Shown here piece by piece: positions 55,193-64,000 of a DNA stretch of 64,000 nucleotides. Source of the stretch: Schizochytrium sp. TIO01 (taxonomy: Eukaryota; Protista; Bigyra: Labyrinthulomycetes); contig SMSO01000035.1 of assembly GCA_004764695.1 (NCBI GenBank), positions 1,674,001-1,738,000 on the forward strand, read 5' to 3'. Made by a program: the position numbers and the translations under genes. How positions within the stretch are numbered: the first letter of the stretch is position 1; every line of letters starts with the position of its first letter. A model generated the notes under the pieces. That model saw nothing but the letters and a program-made list of their open reading frames with translations. It did no database searches and was not told where the DNA came from.

Positions 55193-56644
55193 TCAGGCGC
55201 TGACGTTGAAGAGACCGGGCTTGCCGTCCTTGCCAGAGACGATGCGGGAGGAGATAACACCGTCGAGCTTGGAGATCTCGTCCTGGAGCTTGGCAAGGTC
55301 CTCAGGAGTGTGGGAGTCAGCAATGTCAACAACGTTGTAGGCGATGTTGTCGCGGGAGACGTTGATCTGCTGCATAATGTTGATGTTGGCGCGGCCGAGG
55401 GTGCTGGTGATGAGACCGAGCATACCGGGGACGTTACGGTTGACGATGCAGATGCGGCGGTGCTCAGCAGGGAGACTGTCGAGCTTGGCGGTGGGGAAGT
55501 TGACGGAGTTCTGGATGGTGCCGGTCTCAATGAAGTCAATGATCTCAAGGGCGGCCATGGAGGCGGCGTTCTCCTCAGCCTCAGCGGTAGAGGCACCAAG
55601 GTGGGGCATGGTGATGACCTTGGGGTGGCCGAAGAGGCTCTCGTCAACAAAGTCGGTCACGTAGCGGCCAGTGCGGGCGCCAGACTCGAGGAGGTCGCGC
55701 ATGGCGGCAGAGTCAACGAGCTCACCACGGGCAAAGTTGATGATGGCGGCGTTGGGCTTCATCTGCTTGAGAATGTCAGCGCTGATGAGGTGGTGGGTGG
55801 CATCCTTAATGTAGGGAACGTGGAGGGAGATGTAGTCGCTCTCAGCGGCGAGCTGCTCGAGGGAAGAAGCACGCTTGAGAACGTCACCAGGAAGGCGCCA
55901 AGCGCTCTCGAGCGAGATTGCGGGGTCGTAGCCGGTAACCTTCATGCCGAGGGCAATGGCAGTCTGGGCGACGGAGGCACCAATGTGGCCAAGGCCGACA
56001 ACACCGAGGGTCTTGCCGGTGAGCTCACGGCCGACAAACATCTTCTTGTCAGACTCGACGCGCTTCTTGCACTTGGCAAAGTCAGCGCCGTCCTCCTTCA
56101 CGATGGTGTGGGTGTGGGAGATACCCTCAACGATGCCACGGCTGGCAAGGAGAAGGCCGCAGATGGAGAGCTCCTTGACGGCGTTGGCGTTGGCGCCAGG
56201 GGTGTTGAACACGGGGATACCGCGCTCAGTCATGGCAGCAACGTCAATGTTGTTGGTGCCACTACCGCAGCGGGCGACGGCGCGAACAGACTCGGGCACC
56301 TGGTCGCTGCTGAGCTTGTGGGAGCGGAGGAGCACGGCGTGGATCTCCTCGTCAGACTTCTCAGCCATAGGCACGATGTCGTACTTGCGGCCAGGGAAGG
56401 TGTTGAGACCGGCAGAGGAGATGGCGTTGAAGGTGCCGATGTTGAACTTGGGGCCGGCAGTGGCGGCCTCAGCGGCCTCAGCCTTGCTGGCCTCAGCGGC
56501 CTCGCCGGCGGCGCGGCCCTTGGCCTCCTGAAGGAGCTTCTCGAGCATCTTGATCTCGTCAGTGACAGCGGAGGAGAGGCTGCGCACGCCAAAGGCGCTG
56601 GCGGGCTGAGCCACGCGGGTGGCGAGGGTCTTGGAGGCAAGCAT
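55193..56644 (-). CDS. serA: D-3-phosphoglycerate dehydrogenase with C-terminal ACT domain and N-terminal mitochondrial-type presequence
   Basis: VFNTPGANANAVKE, GKTLGVVGLGHIG, SLHVP, INFARGELVD, PHLGASTAEAE, NSVNFP and an ACT domain (NRNVPGMLG). First ATG at 56644; extreme C/G-ending codon bias. Confidence 0.96.
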   Translation of the reverse strand: MLASKTLATRVAQPASAFGVRSLSSAVTDEIKMLEKLLQEAKGRAAGEAAEASKAEAAEAATAGPKFNIGTFNAISSAGLNTFPGRKYDIVPMAEKSDEEIHAVLLRSHKLSSDQVPESVRAVARCGSGTNNIDVAAMTERGIPVFNTPGANANAVKELSICGLLLASRGIVEGISHTHTIVKEDGADFAKCKKRVESDKKMFVGRELTGKTLGVVGLGHIGASVAQTAIALGMKVTGYDPAISLESAWRLPGDVLKRASSLEQLAAESDYISLHVPYIKDATHHLISADILKQMKPNAAIINFARGELVDSAAMRDLLESGARTGRYVTDFVDESLFGHPKVITMPHLGASTAEAEENAASMAALEIIDFIETGTIQNSVNFPTAKLDSLPAEHRRICIVNRNVPGMLGLITSTLGRANINIMQQINVSRDNIAYNVVDIADSHTPEDLAKLQDEISKLDGVISSRIVSGKDGKPGLFNVSA

Positions 56645-57932
56645 GGTGTTTGAGAAGGTTGGAATTGACAAAGTCAACTTGAGGGAGATACGGGTTTGCT
56701 GACCTGCTCTGATTTGCTCTGGCCTGCTCTGTTATTCTGCTGGAATTGATTGCTCTGTTATGATTGCTTTAGATCTGGCATTACATTTTTTACATTCTTT
56801 TCCTTTTCAACTAAAATTAAATTTCTTTTAAGATTATCTTAATCTCAAATCTTAAATTAATAATTAACAAATAAATAAAAACATCAACAAAATGGTGGTT
56901 GATAAAAGATGACGAAATTCTTTGGGAAAGGGTTTCTGGGGTGGTAGGTGTTTAGTTCCTCTTATGTTCCTCCATCTCTTTCGTAAAGCTATGATTTATG
57001 AACAAGTAAAAATAAAAATAAAAATAAATCTATTATATCGAAAAGAACATAAAAAGGTGAAAACTAAACAATCTTTCTCCTCCGAGGCCCATTCACTACA
57101 GCTGTTTCCACCCACCCATTCTATTTTTTGCCAAAGATCTTTCATTCTTCACCCTCCTTTGAGGATCTATCTACGCACTCATCAAAAGTTATTTCTATTC
57201 AAGTTCTTTCTTTCTTTCTTTCTTTCTCAATTACTTAGTTAATTAAAAAACAAATCTTCAATCGAAAACCTCAAATGCAAAATACCAATAACAACAGAAG
57301 AAGTAAGTCGTTAATAGGTTAGTAGGTAGATAGATACATCTATATCCATATCTATTGTCTCTTTTTCCAGGTTCTTCTCTTCTTCTCTGTCCTCTCTTTT
57401 CGCAACATATGAACCCTCATCAGAAATCGCAATGGGCCATCCATCCTCCAAAATACCCAGCTACTGCGAACTTTGGACGCGCTCGATCGCTCTCCCCCCT
57501 CTCTCTGAGCCCTTTCCCGCGAACAGCCCATCGTCGTACCTCTCAGTCTCAATCCATCTCTCATCTGCCTCAGACTTCGCAATAATAACGATAATCGCAG
57601 ACCGCCAACGAAGAAAGAATCCGACGAGCCTTCAACAGCAACTCAGTTAGTCAGTTCAATTAGTTAGTTAGTTAGTTAGACAATTTAATTATTTCATTTT
57701 CCCAAGAAAAGAGAAAGAACTTGAAGGGAAAGAGAAAGAGCGGAGCTCATCCGTATTTACATTTTTATCTCTCACTCCGCAATAATAATAATAAGAATAA
57801 AAACAACCTAATGAAGTTCATAATCTTTCATGCTGCTGTATGTGCTGATCTATCAACCAGCTTGAGCGCGCCTGATGACGACAGCCCTCTTTGCTGCCTT
57901 CCTGCCCCTCCTCTCTCCGTGTCATTCTCTCA

Positions 57933-58025
57933 CATTCATTCATTCATTCATTCATTCATTCGTTCATTCATTCTTTCATTCTTTCATTCTTTCATTCTCT
58001 CTTTCTTTCATTCTCTCTTTCTTTC
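57933..58025. repeat. Compound (CATT)n/(CTTT)n microsatellite
   Basis: Directly visible. Confidence 0.85.
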
Positions 58026-58217
58026 AAGCAGCTGCCAGCCTGTATTTATTTCCTCTGCCTTCACTTACTTTCACATAGACGACCAGAGGAAACGCCTCCT
58101 GACCAGCATCCTACTGCTCCGGGTAGCGCCGCTTAGGCCCTCCCTCTTCGTTGCCAATGGTAAGAGACGAAGCGGATTTCATCGGTCCGTTTGCTTCGAG
58201 GGAAGAGCAGCGATGCC

Positions 58218-58272
58218 GATAGATAGATAGATAGATGGATAGATGGATGGATGGATGGATGGACGGATGGAC
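58218..58272. repeat. Compound (GATA)n/(GATG)n/(GACG)n microsatellite
   Basis: Directly visible. Confidence 0.9.
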
Positions 58273-60220
58273 GGGCACCTCTTTCGAATCTGCAGCGTGC
58301 GCAGACAAAAGGGCAATGGCGGCGCTGCCAGCGGCCGCAAAACTCCGAACGTGGCGCTCCGCTGCCTCCCTCTGAAGCGGCAGAGGCGCCGGTAAGTAAG
58401 TAAATCAACGATCGGGCCTGCAATGCCTTCGCTTTGAAGGCCTCTTTCTTAACACGAGAAAGCTGTTTCCTTTCTCTGTGTGTTTTGCACACTCACTCAC
58501 TCACTCACTATGCCTCCTTAGTGAAAAAAAACAAAAACTTTTAACTTAAACAAACAACCAATTTCGAGAGAGAACCATCGATGAATCCAGCGCACCGCAA
58601 CGCCAGTTCTGGAGGGCGTAGAGAAAGGCCGCAGGAGCTGCGACACGGCACTCAAGAGCCAATCTTTCGTGAACGCCCCTTCCTCGGAGGGCACCTATCA
58701 AGATAGGTTTCTTCGCCTGCTTGAAAGGTCATCCATCCTCCCTCTATCCATCGCTGCTTTCGCATTTTTATTATTCCATTATTCTTTTTTTAGTAACTTC
58801 TTATATTTAAATAAAAACAATATTAATTTTTAAAATTAATTTAGAGAAAAGAAAAAAAGAAAGGAAGTGAAAAAGCGAAATACTAAATAAATAGTGGAAG
58901 GGTAAAGAGGGGACAAAGAAGGCTGCCCTGGGACGCAGGGGCCATGTCCCATGAGGGAGGAATGTAATGCGCTGTCACCGCAGGCGCCCTAGTTCTCGCA
59001 GGCGCCTGAAGCTGCAGGCAGAGGTCCTCGGCGTCTCTGCAAGCGGTCTCTGATGCCGCGGGCCTGCTTTGCAGGGCTATTTTGTTGCATTCAAGCACGC
59101 CCGCCAGGAAGCAAGCCAGCGAGGAGAACAGGCGGGCAACTAACTCGCATCTGCGCTGTGCTCGAAAGGAGCTTTCTTTCTTCCATGATATCATGTGATG
59201 TGATGTTATGTTTTACAGTAACTAACAGAAGCTCTTTCGATCGATGATGCATATTTTCTCTCATCAGTCGCTTTCCTCCCTTTCTCTCCTTCTTAAACTT
59301 CAAAATGAATGAATGAATGAATGAAGGAATGGCCAACTTGAGCGAATTAATTCTCTCGCTTCCCAGCTCTGCTGTAGATAGATAGACAGGTCCGAGTAAT
59401 AATCTGTGTATCTATCTCTGTATCTATCTGTGTGTCTCTCTCTCTCTCTGTCGATCTGATGTGCACGAGGACCTCCTTCCATCTCGCCGATTCGCTTCGT
59501 CGCGGTGAGCTGTCTATTTCCTGCTTTCCCGTAGTAAAGAACCGCGCGGTCCATGTCCTATCGAAGGGCTTGGAGGGAGGTGGCAGCGCCGCTACCAGAA
59601 TCGCTACCATCGCCTACCAATATTACGGTGACGGTGATGCGATCATTCGTGATTCATATGCTTAGCACGGGCACCATAGATCTATGAGAGATGTGCAATG
59701 CAATGCAATGCAATGCTGTCCAAGTGGATTGATTGATTGATTGATTCATGGATGGGCCTATTGACTGCTTTGAAAGGACTGTGGCGGCCCATGGAAAACC
59801 AGGGTCAGCACGCTTGCACACGCGCAGCTGCGGCGGGAAAGAGCCGCGAATGAGGCGCCGGCGGCTCGGAATTGCAGCGCTCTGTGATCGTAAGTGCAGA
59901 TGTGCGGGCGGTAATGAAGAAGTGCTTGGCTCTCTAATAATAAGGAGGCGGCTTGGATGACGATTTATGTTTTTACAGATGAATGATAGATAATTTTTGT
60001 TCACCTTCTTCCTTTTCAGTTTCTCAATTATGTTTTATGTTTCTGTTTCTGTTTATTTTATTTATAAAATAAATAAATAATGTTTTTGGCTCTTCTTAAT
60101 TCTATAATTATAAAAATAAACATTTTTTAAGTTCAATTTAATACTTAAAAGTTAGAAAAAGGATGAAATTTAATTGTGCTGCTTATTGGAAGCACGTATG
60201 TACAAAGTAACTCTTTCGTT

Positions 60221-60294
<74 letters not shown>
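60221..60294. repeat. (CTTA)n microsatellite, ~18 units
   Basis: Perfect array. Confidence 0.95.
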
Positions 60295-63200
60295 AGTATA
60301 TGATTAGTAAAAGATTGATAATTGTGTATTAATTAAAAGTCCTTTCTTTCTTTCATCGTTGGGGCAGAACGAATAGATTTCGCGCGTTGGGGGTAAAAAG
60401 GCAGTCAAAGCCAGGGCAGGCTGATCTCAAGACCACCTAGTGTTTGCGAAATAGAGACATCGCTGTCAAGTGCATTAATACGAGGCCCATCTCCTCCCTC
60501 GGAAATCGAATGAGTGCTTTTTACTGGGTTCCGATCTCTGATGTCTTGCCTCGAAGAAAAACGTTAAGCAGCCTAGCTAGTTAACGTTAATGACTACTGG
60601 CTGCGCTCGATGTAGCCAGAGCGAAGAGAACCGCGGCAAACCATGGACACTGGCCAGCCTGAGGCTGCCAAAGATGTCGTTGCAGCCGGCATCGGCGCGG
60701 GAATGTTGCAAAAGAGACGGTCTTGAAGACTTGGTGAGCCAGCATCCCAGAATGCGCGTGCTTCCATCGCCAGAGGCGGGAGAGTCCTTAGGCCGCAGAA
60801 GCCATATCTTTAAAGATAAAATGACAAGGCCGTTTCTATGCGAGGGTTGTTTGCTCAGAGTTCATGACGACATCTCGTTTGCGTGGACTTGCCTATTGGA
60901 CAACAGATTTGTTGAAACATGCCGAGTTGAAGGGTTGCCGATGATACAGTCAAGGTTGCTCACAACGTATTTAAGCACGTGGTTTTCGAATTACCGCAAA
61001 GCGATCCTCACAAGATAATCTGAAGCCAAAATTCCTTTATATAAACATAATGAACCTCGAAAAACACAAAAGGGTGGAGATGCTGTCGGAAAAGGCAGCA
61101 CCAGAAAATACTTCAATCTTGTTTTAAAAATTGTGCGACCGAAATTTTGCAATTTCCACACCCTTTTTGACCCTGAGGCCTTTCGTGCAAACAAAAGTTA
61201 AAGAGATCGTTCGCAAACTCTTAATGCGTCATTATTGTGTCATATTGCCTCTTTCAGATCAAATAACCTCAAATGGAATTGTTCGCTACTCACTAAGGTT
61301 TAGAACGATCCAATTCCTCACCACACTCAAGCGAACGTAAGCAAGCATAGGTAATCAGTCGTAGATAACTTTCTCTAATAATAAGTAGAACTGAGCCTGG
61401 TTGTGCATACATTATAATGCCACTCAATGTTGCGGTTGAGAAGTCGAACAACATCCATGCATCCATGCATCTATCTGGACTGTTTTAATTGATTTTCACA
61501 ATGTGTTTCTTGAATCAAACCACTTTAGCAGTCATCATTCACCCATTTACAAAGCAATCTATTTCACTGAGCAACCAGAAAGATGCACTGGCCAGTATGA
61601 GAACACCATGACGCGCTATGGGGCCTGATTTGAGATTTAAAAACAAGTTTAATTAAAATGACTTTAAAGGAAATCATGGCGCCTAAAGAATTTGAGAGCG
61701 CTCATACAGGTCTAGCAATACTTAAGGGGAACACTCAATCTTCAAGATCGTCATTGCGAATATAAAATTAATTTTCAAAATATTGCTTTTAAAATAATAA
61801 AATGCATATTGAAGGAACTATGTATAAAATCCACCGAGGATCGCGCGAACACAAGGTGGAGGCTGGGAACATGTGAACGTGAACTCCATCTAGTCTACCT
61901 AGTACTATCATGCGTGCGAATTCATCCGGCCTGCTGAAGAATCCACTGACTCTCACAAAACCACTTACTACCTGTTGTCTCACTTCAGTAATGTAACTTG
62001 AGGCAAAACCTAACTCGTAGCACCCTTAAATGGTGCTGACGTCGCGGACGAAGAACTGAGTCCTGAACCTCGTTTCAAGTATTCACTGGCGCAGACTGCA
62101 AGTCCATCGGCCTAAGCGTGTGTATAAACATAGCTGGCAAATAAAAGGGCTAACTAGCAGAGCATGGACGTTTATAGCTTGCTTGCTCGCTTGCTTGCTG
62201 AGGGAGGACCGACCAGGGTTTGTCGCATCAGGATTTTATAATTATTTAAATAAATCATCAAGCTAGCTAAGTACTTCAACAGTGGGTTTATAAAATGCGA
62301 TCCATGTTTTTAACATAGTAAACTTTGGATCTTACAAAACCTACCTTTTTTTAATTAAGTTCATGGAAGTTTTTTCTCATTGGTCTATCTGACTCAATGG
62401 CAGTGAGAAAATTTAGACATAAGCAGTGAAGGAAAGAAGCTTCGACACAGTAGGTTCGTGATGGTTGTGACGGTGCTAGTTATGCAGTGGCTTTGGTGGT
62501 GACTCCAATGACGCACGAACTAATTGAGCCTCTCGCCACGATACTGCTCGGGTTGTTGCAGGTGATTTTGCACGTGTAAGACATTTATCGCGAGTCAGAA
62601 ATAGCGCGCCGTGGATAGTTTGAGCAACCTCAGACCCCGCTTTTAAGCGAATTGCATGGTTGTGGTGTCTTAAAGGACTGCGCAGAAGCTTTCTGCAGGC
62701 AAATCACATAGCAATAGCAAGACCCTCTGTGATCTGTTTTCCCTAGTGAGAAGATCCTTGAGGAAAGTTACAGGGCCCTTTCTCACCAGATTCACTCTTA
62801 GCAACGGCATTCAAAGTTCACACCAGTTTTCCCAATCCCGCATCTCTTGCTCTAGTTTTCGATTTTATAAAATGGTATCTAATCTGTGACTTTAAAAATA
62901 GGCATCACTCAAAGAAAGAAGTCATCTATTTATCCTGTGAGTAGAGAGCATCGGAAAAGCAGAAGAAGGTATCAAGGATGAAAAGAGGAGTCCGGAACTA
63001 CGCTCGCTCAAAGCCTGAGCCTCTAAACTTTGGCGAAGAGCAGCATCGAAAACAAAAGAACTAGGCAGGCAGGCAGCAGGTGTCTAAGATTATACCCAGC
63101 TGTAAAAGAGGGGGCCGAACGACTTATACAGAAGAGTTGAAAAATAAAAACCACAAAACCGCAGAAGTTATTCATTCATACATACATACTCCCTCCATAC

Positions 63201-63300
63201 GCGACAGTGTGCGCTTGTGCCCAGGCCTGCGAGACCACGCCAGTCAATGTTTCCCTTCTTCGGCCCCAATGACGTGTGCGCATGAGCGCTGGGTAAGAGA

Positions 63301-63301
<1 letters not shown>

Positions 63302-63345
<44 letters not shown>
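63302..63345. repeat. (AGCA)n microsatellite
   Basis: Perfect array of ~11 units. Confidence 0.95.
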
Positions 63346-63346
<1 letters not shown>

Positions 63347-63710
63347 TGAGCTAGCTAGCTCCACGACGACCCACTCGCCGCGTACGTACTGGCCCGACCA
63401 GAGCACAGGAGAGGGCGCTTTCCCGCAAACGTCACCAAGCTCACACCAGCATCATCGAGACAGCTAGAGTCCTACTGCGCCCTACGCCGTCCACCGGAAC
63501 AACGTCGACGCTCACTCTCACTCACTCACTCACTCACTCACTCACTCACTGTCATGCATGCTACGAGGATGCTTTCGGTAGCGCTAGGCGCGGGTTAGCG
63601 CGAAGGGTAGGAGTCCACATGATAGGACATCGCGGCTTTCCATTGGTTTGTTTGACAGGTGGCGAGAAGGGCGATCAATTGATCAATCGATGAAATAATT
63701 AATCGATCAG

Positions 63711-63764
<54 letters not shown>
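63711..63764. repeat. (TCAA)n microsatellite
   Basis: Perfect array of ~13 units. Confidence 0.95.
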
Positions 63765-63765
<1 letters not shown>

Positions 63766-63950
63766 GAACAAACAGAGACTCAGTGGCGCTCCCGCTCCGT
63801 ATGCGGTGTGGCGGCCCGCTCGCGAGATAGGCGGCCTGTGTAGAGAGAGTGTTGCTTTGGATGGAGGCAATAAATCTGGGAAAGCTTAGCATTGGCGAAG
63901 AGAACTAACTAACTTGTTTGCGGATATACTGATTTTTTGCTGTTGTGGAC

Positions 63951-63993
63951 CATTTCATTTCATTTCATTTCATTTTATTTCATTTCATTTCAT
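63951..63993. repeat. (CATTT)n pentamer microsatellite
   Basis: Directly visible. Confidence 0.85.
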
Positions 63994-64000
63994 TGATGGT

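Noticed and set aside
55310-56653. 447-aa + strand ORF (and 55944..56531)
   Set aside because: The long ORF is a codon-aligned antisense shadow of serA, whose biased codons avoid TTA/CTA/TCA, so no antisense stops arise; the shorter ORF is likewise a GC-rich antisense by-product.
60221-60294. Possible interstitial telomere
   Set aside because: The unit is CTTA/TAAG, not a TTAGGG-type repeat, and it is one of many tetranucleotide microsatellites in the window.

Overview
Eukaryotic nuclear DNA in the standard code, intron-poor, with microsatellite-rich intergenic spacers. Gene content (flagellar DRC10, mitochondrially targeted SerA, P/T-rich secreted proteins) and spacer style suggest a flagellated stramenopile such as a labyrinthulomycete/thraustochytrid; this is inference only. 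About 15 protein genes are supportable: two tandem orphan 7TM receptors, Bax inhibitor-1, a PAP2 lipid phosphate phosphatase, DRC10/IQCD, RPS21 (one 601-nt intron), a J-domain protein, ZSWIM7/SWS1, two tandem papain-family proteases, one giant secreted protein, NOP16, an acidic hypothetical protein, an ornithine-type mitochondrial carrier and phosphoglycerate dehydrogenase. The most striking region is a co-oriented cell-surface locus at 28.2-46.9 kb. It holds two surface-tethered papain proteases followed by a ~13.4-kb gene that appears as three ORFs. These rejoin through one -1 and one +1 frame change into a single ~4480-aa protein: signal peptide, ~23 Ig-like repeats (five are near-identical 342-bp copies), 10 disulfide-type repeats, then SEA-like, Calx-beta, pentraxin/LamG and laminin-IV(B) domains. 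No rRNA, tRNA, CRISPR array or recognisable transposon was seen. All family assignments come from motif recognition by eye, not from database searches.
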